Shown: positions 1 to 10,219 of the stretch, piece after piece
Numbering within the stretch: position 1 is the first letter of the stretch
Layout of the letters: the number at the start of each line of letters is the position of its first letter
DNA from: Pseudocitrobacter cyperus
Lineage (GTDB): Bacteria > Pseudomonadota > Gammaproteobacteria > Enterobacterales > Enterobacteriaceae
Assembly: GCF_039889165.1 (NCBI RefSeq)
Contig: NZ_JAYMYY010000008.1
Coordinates: forward strand, 82,200 to 146,199
Reading direction: 5' to 3'
DNA: 64,000 bases
Made by a program: the position numbers and the translations under genes
The notes under the pieces: generated by a model
What the model was told of the DNA's origin: nothing
Seen by the model: only the letters and a program-made list of their open reading frames with translations
Databases searched by the model: none

Positions 1-192
1 CCGCGAACGGATACATTCCTGACGCTGCAAACGGAATATCAGCGGCTTCATGCCCGATTTTCTCAACAGCAGCGCGCCTTTACCCCGGCACAGTTCACTA
101 TTTTTGGCCAACAGATACACCTTATGTATCAACTGGCGGCCGACGGCGAGTGCGCGCGTAGCGGCGCAGACTGTGCATCGGGAGGCGTCTGA
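1..192 (+). CDS. C-terminal fragment of unknown ORF (frame 1, ...TLQTEYQRLHARFSQQQRAFTPAQFTIFGQQIHLMYQLAADGECARSGADCASGGV*), stop overlaps next start (TGATG)
   Basis: Open frame from window edge to TGA at about 190-192; 1-nt overlap with ATG of the 108-aa ORF suggests translational coupling. No family recognised. Confidence 0.4.
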   Translation, partial: PRTDTFLTLQTEYQRLHARFSQQQRAFTPAQFTIFGQQIHLMYQLAADGECARSGADCASGGV

Positions 193-518
193 TGAAACTG
201 CTAACTGAATTAACCAGCATATTGATTGCGGCTAACGTTAATCAGAAGATACGGGATGAATTTGTTTCGCTCGTCCATCAATCGTTGCTGGATGAGGATG
301 ACGGTATTCGCGATAGCGGGCGGCTGATTGCAATGGCAATCAGGGAAAAAGCCAATGGCTGGCTTGAGCAGGAGGATATGATCCTGCTGCTGGAGGCACA
401 GCGTGATATTGCCCACATCCGCGCCAATAATGCGCAAATAGCCCTCAACCAACGCATTCAGACGCTGGTGATACGCTTGATTGATATCACACTGATGTCA
501 TTGACAGGCGTACTGTAG
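192..518 (+). CDS. hypothetical protein, 108 aa, coupled to upstream ORF
   Basis: Six-frame ORF. Occupies the position of yjbQ in K-12 but is unrelated to YjbQ as I recall it. No recognisable motif. Confidence 0.45.
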   Translation: MKLLTELTSILIAANVNQKIRDEFVSLVHQSLLDEDDGIRDSGRLIAMAIREKANGWLEQEDMILLLEAQRDIAHIRANNAQIALNQRIQTLVIRLIDITLMSLTGVL

Positions 519-551
519 CGGGTGGCGGTTGCTACCACACCCGTTTACGTA

Positions 552-905
552 TCAGCGGCTCAGTTGTTTTCTCGCGTCTTCTGACACATTCCCCAACGCC
601 TGTTGGTAGGAAGCATCAACCAGATAGTAAATCTGCGAATCCGGCAATGTGCCATCGAGATAAACCGTGCTCCAGTGCGCTTTGTTTAAATGGCGGCTTG
701 GGCGAACATCGCTGTGCTGCTGGCGGAGAAGATCGGCCAGCTCCGGGCTGGTTTTCAGCGACACGGCCGGGCGATCTTCCACCTCTTTGACCATCGCGAA
801 AAGCACATCCGCAACCTTGATCTGTGTCGCCTTCCAGTCGCTGTGGACGCTTTGTTCTGCGCCTCGTTTAGCCATGCAGTACAGCAAAAGATCCGAACTG
901 GTCAT
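552..905 (-). CDS. yjbR: YjbR (MmcQ/YjbR family) protein; start at internal Met (MTSSDLLLYCMAKRGAEQSVH...)
   Basis: Near-identical over most of its length to E. coli YjbR as I recall it (YCMAK.GAEQSVH.DWKATQIKV...SRHLNKAHWSTVYLDG). Confidence 0.85.
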   Translation of the reverse strand: MTSSDLLLYCMAKRGAEQSVHSDWKATQIKVADVLFAMVKEVEDRPAVSLKTSPELADLLRQQHSDVRPSRHLNKAHWSTVYLDGTLPDSQIYYLVDASYQQALGNVSEDARKQLSR

Positions 906-957
906 CTTATACCTCTTAGTCTCACGAGCCACGGTGTGCAAAAAGCCATCGTCTCAG

Positions 958-992
958 TGTGCAACAAGTTGCCGAAAGGTTAAACCTTCCGG
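958..992 (-). terminator. imperfect hairpin GTTGCCGaAAGGTT-taa-AACCTTcCGGCAAC downstream of aphA
   Basis: Inverted repeat seen in sequence; flanking T-tract is weak. Confidence 0.3.
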
Positions 993-1036
993 CAACTAAT
1001 TCCGACTAAAAAAGCATCATTTTTACGCGCGAGCGT

Positions 1037-1750
1037 TTAATACTCAGAGTTAACGATCACCTCTTCATTAAACTTCCCGGCCTGCGGCAATGGGCGGTAG
1101 GTCGAGTTTGACGCGCGCAGAACGCGAATACCGCGGGCTCCCGCTTCACGCGCCGCCGAGATATCGTTATCCGAATCGCCGTAGAAAACTTTCACGCCCT
1201 TCTCTTTCAACCATTGGGTTTTAGTATTCTGCCCAGGCTTATCACCGGCAAAAATAACCGGGTTCATGCTGGTTGCCGGGATGAGGAAGTCATCCTGGAG
1301 GGTTTTTGAGACTGTTTCAGTTTTGGTTTCACTGCGCCCGGTGATGAAGTAAATGCTGTCCCCACGCTTTACGTGCATCGCAATCAGCGAGCGCGCCACT
1401 TCTTTAGGAATGCTGAACTCATCCCAACCGTTATTCATTTTTTCCCAGAATGCCGGATTCTTCAGATACGCTTCGCTGCCCGGAGACCAGGTTTTCTGCC
1501 CACGCCAGAAACCCGGGCTGGAAAACAGCACCGTATCGTCAATATCGAAACCTACGGCCATTGGCGGATGGCTCATCAGGCTGCTTTCAATCTGTGCCAC
1601 CGATACCCAGTGAATGGGGGCTTGTTCAGCGAGTCTGGCGACATCCGTACCCGGATAGAGCGGAGAAGGAGATGAAGCGTGAGCGGTGACTGTGTTATTT
1701 AACGCGAACAACAAACAAACGGCGCTCAGCGCCTGTGTGATCTTGCGCAT
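1037..1750 (-). CDS. aphA: class B acid phosphatase/phosphotransferase AphA
   Basis: 237 aa; signal peptide followed by the DDDG-type HAD motif ([12 protein letters not shown]); close match to E. coli AphA. Confidence 0.95.
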   Translation of the reverse strand: MRKITQALSAVCLLFALNNTVTAHASSPSPLYPGTDVARLAEQAPIHWVSVAQIESSLMSHPPMAVGFDIDDTVLFSSPGFWRGQKTWSPGSEAYLKNPAFWEKMNNGWDEFSIPKEVARSLIAMHVKRGDSIYFITGRSETKTETVSKTLQDDFLIPATSMNPVIFAGDKPGQNTKTQWLKEKGVKVFYGDSDNDISAAREAGARGIRVLRASNSTYRPLPQAGKFNEEVIVNSEY

Positions 1751-1945
1751 AGTTTTCCCTAAATCGTCGTCTTGTTTTTGTTTTGATATGAGTGATGCAT
1801 CAAAAAATTAGAAAGACCTTAACGGTTAGAGGGAGTGAAGGGAAGGATTTTCCAGGATTTATCCGAGAAAAAGGATAGGAGATCACATTTTTACTTATCA
1901 CACTCTCCGCACGGCAGCGATACCATACAGAGAGTGAGTACTCGC

Positions 1946-3139
1946 TTACATTACCGCCGCAAATGCCTGCGCCACACGATGCACGTTGCGGGAATTTAGC
2001 CCGGCGACGCACATACGACCGCTGGCAATCAGGTAAACGCCGAACTCATCACGCAGGCGATCGACCTGCGCGGCGCTCAGGCCGGTGTAGCTGAACATAC
2101 CGCGCTGCTTAAGAAGGTAATCGAAATTTCCTTCCGGCATGGCGTCTTTCAGCACGTTCACCAGCGCCTGACGCATGTCCAGAATGCGCGTGCGCATCGC
2201 TTCCACTTCCGCCAGCCACGACGCTTTCAGTGCCTCATCGTTCAGCACGGTAGACACAATCTGCGCCCCGGTGGTCGGCGGGCTGGAGTAGTTACGACGT
2301 ACCGTCGCTTTTAACTGGCCCAGCACGCGCCCTGCGGCGTCGGCATCTTCGCAGACCACGGACAAGCCGCCGATACGCTCACCATACAACGAGAAAATTT
2401 TCGAAAAGGAGTTGCTCACCAGAGCCGGTAATCCTGCCGCCGCAATCGTGCGGATAGCATATGCATCCTGTTCCATGCCGCCGCCAAAGCCCTGATACGC
2501 GATATCGAGGAACGGGATCAGGTTGCGCGCTTTCAGCACTTCCGTTACTGCATCCCACTGGCTGTTAGTCAGGTCTGCCCCTGTCGGGTTATGGCAGCAC
2601 GGGTGCAGCAGGACGATACTTTGCGCAGGCAGCGTGTTGAGCGTTTCCAGCAGCGCATCGAAACGTACACCGTTTGTTTCTGCGTCGAACCACGGATAGG
2701 TTTTCACCGTAAAGCCCGCGCCTTCAAAGATGGCAACGTGGTTTTCCCAGGTGGGGTCGCTGACCCAGACGCCGGAATCCGGGAAGTAGCGTTTGAGGAA
2801 GTCTGCCCCTACTTTTAGCGCCCCGGAACCGCCCAGCGTCTGAATACTGGCGATACGCTGCTTCTGAAGCGCGGGGTGATCGGCGCCAAACAACAGCGGC
2901 GCAATGGCCTGGCGGTAGCTGTTTAGCCCTTCCATCGGCAGATAAAGCGAGGCGCTATGCGGTTCAGCCGCGAGGCGCTTTTCAGCATCAGCAACCGCCT
3001 GAAGCTGGGGGATGATGCCCTCTTCGTTGTAGTACAGCCCGATGCTGAGATTCACTTTATCGCTACGCGGATCTTCTTTAAAACGCTCCATCAGCGAAAG
3101 GATGGGGTCGCCAGCGTAGGCGTCAACTTTTTGAAACAC
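1946..3139 (-). CDS. tyrB: aromatic-amino-acid aminotransferase TyrB (GTG start; (M)[13 protein letters not shown]...)
   Basis: Near-identity to E. coli TyrB; PLP lysine motif [12 protein letters not shown]. The ORF-table extension to 3292 lacks an ATG-initiated TyrB N-terminus and is leader sequence. Confidence 0.95.
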   Translation of the reverse strand: MFQKVDAYAGDPILSLMERFKEDPRSDKVNLSIGLYYNEEGIIPQLQAVADAEKRLAAEPHSASLYLPMEGLNSYRQAIAPLLFGADHPALQKQRIASIQTLGGSGALKVGADFLKRYFPDSGVWVSDPTWENHVAIFEGAGFTVKTYPWFDAETNGVRFDALLETLNTLPAQSIVLLHPCCHNPTGADLTNSQWDAVTEVLKARNLIPFLDIAYQGFGGGMEQDAYAIRTIAAAGLPALVSNSFSKIFSLYGERIGGLSVVCEDADAAGRVLGQLKATVRRNYSSPPTTGAQIVSTVLNDEALKASWLAEVEAMRTRILDMRQALVNVLKDAMPEGNFDYLLKQRGMFSYTGLSAAQVDRLRDEFGVYLIASGRMCVAGLNSRNVHRVAQAFAAVM

Positions 3140-3288
3140 GTTGTGGTTCTCCAGGTTTACAGAAGGCAGGTAATAACACAATAAACCGGAAGCGTGAGAA
3201 GGTCGAGAGGATGTTTGAAGAAGAGAGCGGTTACAGGATGGCCGTAAGCCGGGCAGGCACAGCCGCCGCCCGGCAACACGACGCGTAT

Positions 3289-4368
3289 TCAATCAAGGTA
3301 CTGCATCGCCACGCGCGAGGTCAGGCGCGTGATAAGTTCATAAGCGCTTACTTTCGTGATCTCCGCAATGCGTTCAACGGGTAACCCTTCGCCCCACATC
3401 ACCACCGGATCGCCCGCTTTATCCTGCGCTTCCGGCCCCAGGTCAACGCAGATCATGTCCATCGCCACGCGCCCGACAATCGGCACTTCGCGGCCATTGA
3501 CCAGCACCGGCGTACCCGAAGGCGCAGCGCGCGGATAGCCGTCGCCGTACCCCATTGCCACCACGCCAAGGCGTGTGTCGCGTTCGCTAATCCAGGTACC
3601 ACCGTAGCCCACCGCTTCGCCCGCTTTATGTTCGCGCACGGCAATCAGGCTGGAGGTGAGCGACATCACCGGCTGAAAGCCGAAATCCGGCCCCCAGGGC
3701 TTTTGCTCCAGCGGTGAGACGCCGTAAAGGATAATGCCTGGACGCGCCCAGTCGAAATGCGATTGCGGCCACAGCAAGATGCCGCCAGATGCCGCAATAG
3801 AGCGCTTCCCCGGTTTGCCTTCGCAGAACGTGTTAAAGATATCGAGCTGTTTTTCCGTCGCACCGCATTCTGGTTCGTCGGCGCGGGCAAAGTGGCTCAC
3901 GATGTTGACCGGCTGGCTGACGTTTTTGCACTCGCTCAGACGCTGGTAAAACGCCTCCGCCTCTTCCGGGCGCACGCCAAGGCGATGCATCCCCGTATCG
4001 AGTTTCATCCATACTGTTACCGGGCGGCTGAGCTGCGCGGTTTCCAGCGCTTCCAGTTGCTCCATGTTATGTATGGCGGTGTGTAACTGTTTATCGGCGA
4101 TAACCGGGAGATCAGAGGCGTTAAAAAAGCCTTCAAGCAGTAAGATGGGCTGCGTAATGCCGCCTTCACGTAGCCGAAGAGCCTCTTCCAGACGGGCAAC
4201 GCCAAAAGCGTCGGCGTCGGGAAGCGTTCGCGCAGTCTCAAGAAGACCGTGTCCATAGGCGTTCGCTTTCACCACCGCAACCAGTTTGCTGGCGGGCGCC
4301 AGTTCACGCAGACGTTGCAGATTGTGTCGCAGAGCGCGGCGGTTAATCACTACAGTAGCCGCTTGCAT
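3289..4368 (-). CDS. alr: alanine racemase (biosynthetic)
   Basis: 359 aa; PLP site [10 protein letters not shown]; collinear with K-12 alr-tyrB. Confidence 0.95.
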   Translation of the reverse strand: MQAATVVINRRALRHNLQRLRELAPASKLVAVVKANAYGHGLLETARTLPDADAFGVARLEEALRLREGGITQPILLLEGFFNASDLPVIADKQLHTAIHNMEQLEALETAQLSRPVTVWMKLDTGMHRLGVRPEEAEAFYQRLSECKNVSQPVNIVSHFARADEPECGATEKQLDIFNTFCEGKPGKRSIAASGGILLWPQSHFDWARPGIILYGVSPLEQKPWGPDFGFQPVMSLTSSLIAVREHKAGEAVGYGGTWISERDTRLGVVAMGYGDGYPRAAPSGTPVLVNGREVPIVGRVAMDMICVDLGPEAQDKAGDPVVMWGEGLPVERIAEITKVSAYELITRLTSRVAMQYLD

Positions 4369-4434
4369 TTGTATTCCTTGAAAATTGTTTGCTTTCGTTA
4401 CCTGATTTATTAGAGATAAAACACATTGATGACA

Positions 4435-5850
4435 TTACTCATCGTCGTACTGCGGCCCCGCATAGTTATCAAAGCGCGACCACTGACCATTAAAGGTAAG
4501 ACGCACGGTGCCGATCGGGCCGTTACGCTGTTTACCGATAATAATTTCTGCAATGCCTTTTAAGTCGCTGTTTTCGTGATAAACCTCATCACGGTAGATA
4601 AACATGATTAAGTCGGCATCCTGTTCGATTGAGCCGGATTCACGCAGGTCGGAGTTGACCGGGCGTTTATCGGCGCGCTGTTCCAGTGAGCGGTTAAGCT
4701 GCGACAGCGCCACCACCGGCACATGTAATTCTTTGGCTAACGCCTTGAGCGAGCGTGAGATTTCGGCAATTTCCAGGGTACGGTTGTCGGAGAGCGAAGG
4801 CACGCGCATCAACTGCAGGTAGTCGATCATGATAAGCCCAATGCCGTCGTGCTCACGGGCAATACGGCGCGCGCGCGATCGCACTTCCGTCGGTGTCAGA
4901 CCGGAGGAGTCATCGATGTAAATATTGCGCTTTTCCAGCAGAATGCCCATCGTTCCGGAGATCCTCGCCCAGTCTTCGTCGTCCAGTTGCCCGGTACGAA
5001 TTTTGGTCTGATCGACGCGCGACAGCGAGGCCAGGGAACGCATCATGATCTGTTCCGATGGCATCTCCAGTGAGAAGATTAGCACCGGTTTATCCTGCAA
5101 CATCGCCGCGTTTTCAACGAGGTTCATTGCAAATGTCGTTTTACCCATCGACGGACGCGCCGCAACAATAATCAGATCCGACGGCTGCAGGCCCGCGGTT
5201 TTTTTATTGAGATCGTCATAGCCGGTATTCACCCCGGTAACACCGTCGTGCGGCTGCTGGAACAGTTGCTCGATACGCGCGACGGTGGCGTCCAGCACAT
5301 CGGCGATATTTTTCGGGCCTTCGTCTTTATTGGCGCGGCTTTCGGCGATTTTAAAGACCCGGGATTCCGCGAGATCGAGCAGATCTTCACTGGTACGGCC
5401 CTGGGGGTCGAAACCGGCCTCGGCAATCTCATTGGCGACCGAAATCATCTCACGGACAACAGCACGTTCACGAACGATATCGGCATAAGCGCTGATGTTC
5501 GCCGCACTTGGCGTGTTTTTTGACAGTTCCGCCAGATAGGCAAAACCGCCAACGCTATCAAGCTGTCCCTGACGCTCCAGCGATTCCGCCAGCGTGATCA
5601 GGTCAATCGGGCTGCCGGTTTCCTGTAAACGCCCCATTTCAGTAAAGATGTGGCGATGCGGACGGGTATAAAAGTCGTCAGACACTACACGCTCGGCGAC
5701 GTCGTCCCAGCGTTCGTTATCCAGCATCAAACCGCCCAACACCGACTGTTCCGCTTCAATCGAGTGCGGCGGCACTTTCAGCCCCGCGACCTGGGGGTCA
5801 CGCTCACGAGCTTCAGTCTGTTGTTTGTTGAAGGGTTTATTTGCTGCCAT
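4435..5850 (-). CDS. dnaB: replicative DNA helicase DnaB
   Basis: 471 aa; Walker A GARPSMGKTTFA; near-identical to E. coli DnaB. Confidence 0.97.
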   Translation of the reverse strand: MAANKPFNKQQTEARERDPQVAGLKVPPHSIEAEQSVLGGLMLDNERWDDVAERVVSDDFYTRPHRHIFTEMGRLQETGSPIDLITLAESLERQGQLDSVGGFAYLAELSKNTPSAANISAYADIVRERAVVREMISVANEIAEAGFDPQGRTSEDLLDLAESRVFKIAESRANKDEGPKNIADVLDATVARIEQLFQQPHDGVTGVNTGYDDLNKKTAGLQPSDLIIVAARPSMGKTTFAMNLVENAAMLQDKPVLIFSLEMPSEQIMMRSLASLSRVDQTKIRTGQLDDEDWARISGTMGILLEKRNIYIDDSSGLTPTEVRSRARRIAREHDGIGLIMIDYLQLMRVPSLSDNRTLEIAEISRSLKALAKELHVPVVALSQLNRSLEQRADKRPVNSDLRESGSIEQDADLIMFIYRDEVYHENSDLKGIAEIIIGKQRNGPIGTVRLTFNGQWSRFDNYAGPQYDDE

Positions 5851-5913
5851 AGTGAATGGAGTTACCGAGATAAAGATTGGGTCGAAAGATTACCACATTG
5901 TTCAGGAGGAAGC

Positions 5914-6897
5914 ATGGCAACGCGCATTGAATTTGACAAGCATGGCGGCCCCGATGTTCTCAAAGCCGTGGAGTTCACTCCCGCCGATCCCGCCCACCAT
6001 GAAGTGCAGGTCGAAAACAAGGCTATCGGCATAAATTATATTGATACCTATGTCCGCAGCGGCCTCTATCCGCCGCCGTCGCTGCCGAGCGGCCTCGGAA
6101 CGGAAGCGGCTGGGGTGGTCACTAAAATTGGTAAAGATGTCAGGCACGTCAACGTGGGTGATCGCGTGGTTTACGCCCAGTCCTCATCTGGCGCATACAG
6201 CACTGTACATAATGTGGCTGAAGACAAAGTGGCGATATTACCGGACGCTATCTCTTTTGAGCAGGCTGCAGCCTCCTTCCTGAAAGGGCTGACGGTGTTC
6301 TATCTGCTGCGCAAAACCTATGAAATTCAGCCTGATGAGCCGTTTCTTTTCCATGCGGCGGCGGGTGGCGTAGGGCTGATTGCCTGCCAGTGGGCGAAAG
6401 CGCTGGGCGCGAAGTTGATAGGTACCGTCGGTAGCGCGGAGAAAGGCGAACGCGCGCTGAAAGCGGGCGCATGGCAGGTGATTAACTATCGCGATGAAAA
6501 TATCGTTGAGCGCGTAAAAGAGATTACCGGCGGTAAGAAAGTGCGCGTGGTGTATGACTCGGTCGGTAAAGATACCTGGGAGGCGTCGCTGGACTGCCTG
6601 CAACGCCGCGGATTAATGGTGAGTTTCGGTAATTCATCCGGGCCCGTGACGGGTGTGAATCTGGGTATCCTCAACCAGAAAGGCTCGCTGTATGTTACCC
6701 GCCCTTCCCTTTATGGCTACGTGAGCACGCGAGAAGAGCTACAGGAAGCAAGTAATGAGCTGTTCTCATTGATTGCCAGCGGCGTGATTAAAGTGGATGT
6801 GGCGGAAAAACAGAAGTTCAGGCTGACGGATGCAAAGCATGCGCATGAAGTGCTGGAGAGCCGGGCTACGCAGGGGTCAAGTTTGTTGATCCCTTAG
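5914..6897 (+). CDS. qor: NADPH:quinone oxidoreductase Qor (start MATRIEFDKHGG, RBS aggagga)
   Basis: 327 aa MDR-family enzyme; near-identical to E. coli Qor. The ORF-table extension from 5650 overlaps dnaB and is not coding. Confidence 0.95.
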   Translation: MATRIEFDKHGGPDVLKAVEFTPADPAHHEVQVENKAIGINYIDTYVRSGLYPPPSLPSGLGTEAAGVVTKIGKDVRHVNVGDRVVYAQSSSGAYSTVHNVAEDKVAILPDAISFEQAAASFLKGLTVFYLLRKTYEIQPDEPFLFHAAAGGVGLIACQWAKALGAKLIGTVGSAEKGERALKAGAWQVINYRDENIVERVKEITGGKKVRVVYDSVGKDTWEASLDCLQRRGLMVSFGNSSGPVTGVNLGILNQKGSLYVTRPSLYGYVSTREELQEASNELFSLIASGVIKVDVAEKQKFRLTDAKHAHEVLESRATQGSSLLIP

Positions 6898-6905
6898 AAA
6901 AGCTT

Positions 6906-6939
6906 AGGGCTTCCACATGGGAAGCCCTTACTTTTTTTA
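6906..6939 (+). terminator. rho-independent terminator of qor (AGGGCTTCC-acat-GGGAAGCCCT + TACTTTTTTT)
   Basis: Perfect GC-rich hairpin followed by a T-tract. Confidence 0.75.
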
Positions 6940-7062
6940 GTTCGGCTGTATGTAGGGTACAGCTCGATGAATTTGTCAGCGGCGTAATAGTGACAGATTT
7001 ACTACGCGAAACCTATGCCGTTTTATGCAAAATGTCTATTGTGTGACGAACCCCTCAATACC

Positions 7063-7317
7063 TTAGTAACGCCAACGGTTATTACTCCGGTATGCCCGGC
7101 GATACTCGGGAATTTTCGGCGATTTAATCGCCCGAATTACCCACACAACCGCTATCGCCAGCAGCAGCCAGGGCAGCAATTTAATCATCAAAGCAAACAG
7201 ACCGCCGACAAACATCAGCGCCGTGGCGACAAAAAGCGCAGCAATAATGCCCAGTAGTGAAATGCCCGTCACCAGCAGCATCACGAAAAATCCAATCACA
7301 AATAGCAGTTCGAGCAT
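7063..7317 (-). CDS. pspG: phage shock protein G
   Basis: 84 aa double-TM peptide, MLELLFVIGFFVML..., matches E. coli PspG. Confidence 0.9.
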   Translation of the reverse strand: MLELLFVIGFFVMLLVTGISLLGIIAALFVATALMFVGGLFALMIKLLPWLLLAIAVVWVIRAIKSPKIPEYRRAYRSNNRWRY

Positions 7318-7355
7318 GGCTCTCTCCCAAAGATATATTCATTCTCTGTTTGCTA

Positions 7356-7372
7356 TTACAAGATTCATGCCA
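7356..7372 (-). promoter_or_regulatory. sigma54 promoter of pspG (minus strand TGGCAT-gaatc-TTGTA)
   Basis: -24 GG and -12 (T)GT spacing is correct; pspG is a known PspF/sigma54 target in E. coli. Confidence 0.5.
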
Positions 7373-7385
7373 AACTTAAACTATT

Positions 7386-7425
7386 GATTTTAAAAAGACA
7401 CGCCCGGCAACAGTGTGCCGGGCGT
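7386..7425 (-). terminator. rho-independent terminator after dusA (CGCCCGGCACACTGTTGCCGGGCG + TGTCTTTTTAAAA on minus strand)
   Basis: Hairpin plus T-tract read on the minus strand. Confidence 0.65.
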
Positions 7426-7454
7426 GGTGAATTTGACCAGGTTTTAGTGAAATT

Positions 7455-8450
7455 TTAACGCTTGTCAGCAACCAGCTTGAGAGCATGCTCCAGCACGTTA
7501 ATATCCGCCCCGGCTTTGTGGGCGTTTTCACTCAGATAACGACGCCACTGGCGCGCGCCCGGAATGCCCTGGAACAGCCCCAGCATATGGCGGGTGACGT
7601 GGCCCAGATAGGTGCCATTGCTCAGCTCACGCTCAATGTAGGGATACATTGAGCGCACGACCGCAACCGGGTCTACATCCGCACCATCAACACCGAAGAT
7701 TTCACGGTCAACCGTCGCGAGAATGCCGGGGTTCTGATATGCCTCACGCCCCACCATGACGCCGTCCATATACTCCAGATGGCTTTTCGCCTCTTCCAGC
7801 GATTTGATGCCACCATTAATCGACATTGTCAGATGCGGGAAGTCGCGCTTCAGTTGATACACTCGCGGGTAATCCAGCGGGGGGATTTCACGGTTTTCTT
7901 TCGGGCTAAGGCCAGAGAGCCAGGCTTTTCGCGCGTGGATGATAAACATCTCGCACTCGCCGCGCTCGGCGACGGTGTTGATAAAGTCGCAAAGAAATTC
8001 GTAGCTATCCTGATCGTCAATGCCAATCCGGGTTTTCACCGTGACGGGAATCGACACCACATCGCGCATCGCTTTTACGCAGTCGGCCACCAGTTGAGCG
8101 TTCCCCATCAGACAGGCGCCAAACATACCGTTCTGCACACGATCGGACGGACAGCCGACGTTGAGGTTGATTTCGTCATAGCCGCGCGCTTCCGCCAGCT
8201 TCGCACACTGCGCAAGCTGGGCCGGGTCGCTACCGCCAAGCTGCAACGCAACCGGATGCTCTTCCTCGCTATAAGCCAGGTAATCGCCCTTGCCATGAAT
8301 AATCGCCCCGGTAGTGACCATTTCCGTGTACAGCAACGTATGTCGTGACAGTTGACGCAGGAAGTAGCGGCAATGTCTGTCAGTCCAGTCGAGCATCGGC
8401 GCGATAGAGAAACGGTGTGCAGGGAAAACGGCGGACGAAGATTCTGACAT
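7455..8450 (-). CDS. dusA: tRNA-dihydrouridine(20/20a) synthase DusA
   Basis: 331 aa; FMN/TIM-barrel Dus motifs; matches E. coli DusA. Confidence 0.95.
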   Translation of the reverse strand: MSESSSAVFPAHRFSIAPMLDWTDRHCRYFLRQLSRHTLLYTEMVTTGAIIHGKGDYLAYSEEEHPVALQLGGSDPAQLAQCAKLAEARGYDEINLNVGCPSDRVQNGMFGACLMGNAQLVADCVKAMRDVVSIPVTVKTRIGIDDQDSYEFLCDFINTVAERGECEMFIIHARKAWLSGLSPKENREIPPLDYPRVYQLKRDFPHLTMSINGGIKSLEEAKSHLEYMDGVMVGREAYQNPGILATVDREIFGVDGADVDPVAVVRSMYPYIERELSNGTYLGHVTRHMLGLFQGIPGARQWRRYLSENAHKAGADINVLEHALKLVADKR

Positions 8451-8595
8451 GGCGATTATTTAAGCATTCTGAAAAAGGGGCGCTACTATAGCACAAAGCA
8501 AAAGCGGAGATCATGTCGCTCACCCGGTGGCGCTGCGCTTGCCGGGCCAACAGGATCAGCACCATTTGCTACGCAGCGCCATCCGGTAAAAAACA

Positions 8596-9894
8596 TCAGA
8601 ACGTCACGCTTAACTGCGCCCCTGCCCCCCAGGTTTCATCCTCACCAACCAGCCCCATCAGATCGACATGCACACGGTTAAACGGTGCGAACCCCACACC
8701 TCCGGTGAACACATTACTGTCGTTGTTCTTCACATCCGCACGATAACCGGCGCGCACGGCGAGCCAGTCGAGGGGGCGCACTTCGGCCCCCACACCAACA
8801 TATTGCGAATTTTCTTCGCTTTTGAAGCCCTTTGTTTCAGTCAGGTCACCGTCGGCGCTCACCGTTATCAGATCGTTATGCCACGCCACTCCGGCAGTCA
8901 CCAGCGGGCGGATCTGATAAGTATCTTTATAGTTGGTGGTAACACCCGTTTCCCCATTGGTGATAAAGACATCTTTCGTGTCGATATCCCGGGAGATCAG
9001 GTTTTGCCCGCTCACGCCCACCGTCCAGTTTTCGCCAAAGTCCGCCGCAATACCGGCATCGACGTTAAAGCCGGTGTCATCATTGCGATAGCGGCTGCTG
9101 TTCCAGTCGCTGCTGTCGTAGTTATAGACAGAAGTGGTGTAGTTATAGAGCCAGGTTTTTTGCAGTTTTGGCGTGATGCCGACGGAAACCGGCACTTCGC
9201 CCAACTGGAATTGCCGTGCAACCGCCACGCCATAATCAGAGACAATCGCCACGCGCCCGGACGCGGTAGAATTAAGATGTTTGGTAATTTCATCAGAACC
9301 CCCGACCACAGCCTTCCCGGCTTCGATAATCGCGGTTGTCTGGCTACCTTCGATACCGCGCAGATAATCAATATCGCCCTGGTCGATTGAGGAACTGACT
9401 CGCCCGTGCGCATAGGCTTTGGTGACAAACGCCACCGAGAGCACATCGTTTGGAATGCTGACTGCAATCCCCGCCCCGCCGCTGGCCCGCGCGGTTTTCC
9501 CCTTCAGATAGTCCAGCTCATTCGCCAAATCGCCAGCGGCTCCCTGAAACTGCCCTAACGTACCCTGCGGGTCGAGTAAAATATCCTCCAGTGTCAAATC
9601 ATTAAGTACGCCGCGATAGTGATTAACTTTGTCGTTAATCTCGTCGATTTCATCCTGGAGGTTATCTTTGTCAGAAATTTGTGCCCCAACGGCGGGAAGA
9701 ATAACCGTAATGTCATCGTCCGGTTTGGCCTTCGCCAGCAGCGCCGGGTTAATCAGCACGCCACTTCCGTAGTTTGCCGATGCGACGCCGGTTCCCCCCA
9801 TCGCATCATTACGCGCTTCTGACCAGGTATTGGCGGCAAACGCCTGATTTGCCATAAACAAAGATGCCGTAAGCGGGAGAATCGTGTTTCTCAT
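8596..9894 (-). CDS. outer-membrane beta-barrel protein, FadL/TodX/TraF-like family (start MRNTILPLTASLFMANQAFA signal peptide)
   Basis: Signal peptide; N-terminal NPA-type hatch motif (GSGVLINPALLAKAK); alternating amphipathic strands; C-terminal ...AQLSVTF aromatic terminus. Sits where K-12 has yjbL/yjbM. Confidence 0.65.
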   Translation of the reverse strand: MRNTILPLTASLFMANQAFAANTWSEARNDAMGGTGVASANYGSGVLINPALLAKAKPDDDITVILPAVGAQISDKDNLQDEIDEINDKVNHYRGVLNDLTLEDILLDPQGTLGQFQGAAGDLANELDYLKGKTARASGGAGIAVSIPNDVLSVAFVTKAYAHGRVSSSIDQGDIDYLRGIEGSQTTAIIEAGKAVVGGSDEITKHLNSTASGRVAIVSDYGVAVARQFQLGEVPVSVGITPKLQKTWLYNYTTSVYNYDSSDWNSSRYRNDDTGFNVDAGIAADFGENWTVGVSGQNLISRDIDTKDVFITNGETGVTTNYKDTYQIRPLVTAGVAWHNDLITVSADGDLTETKGFKSEENSQYVGVGAEVRPLDWLAVRAGYRADVKNNDSNVFTGGVGFAPFNRVHVDLMGLVGEDETWGAGAQLSVTF

Positions 9895-10219
9895 GTTTTT
9901 TTTCACAGTTATTCCGTTCATTTGCAGGTGAATACGCCCCATACCCATGAAGCATAAGGGAGAACTTTTGCTGTGAATGCGTTGAATTGAGAGGAAAAAA
10001 TACAGGATATATCAGGATTATTGGCAATTTATAATTATGATTAACGTCCGCTTTATTTATAGATGAGGTCAAAAGCGCTTCCCAGCTTTTCTCGCGTTGT
10101 CGGCAAGAAATAGTGATGTTTAGGATTTACCTCAGATTGGCGATTATTCAGGCACTCGGTGTTTTTGCCATAACATGGTAAAGTAGAGGTCTATTTCCCC
10201 CGTATCACGAGGACGCAAA

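Noticed and set aside
3140-3292. Upstream in-frame extension of tyrB to 448 aa
   Set aside because: Conserved TyrB begins at the GTG-initiated (M)[10 protein letters not shown]. The extension has no ATG-initiated TyrB N-terminus and covers the tyrB promoter region and the alr 3' flank.
5650-5913. N-terminal 88-codon extension of the qor ORF
   Set aside because: It overlaps the dnaB 5' end on the opposite strand. The conserved Qor N-terminus MATRIEF with its RBS begins at 5914.
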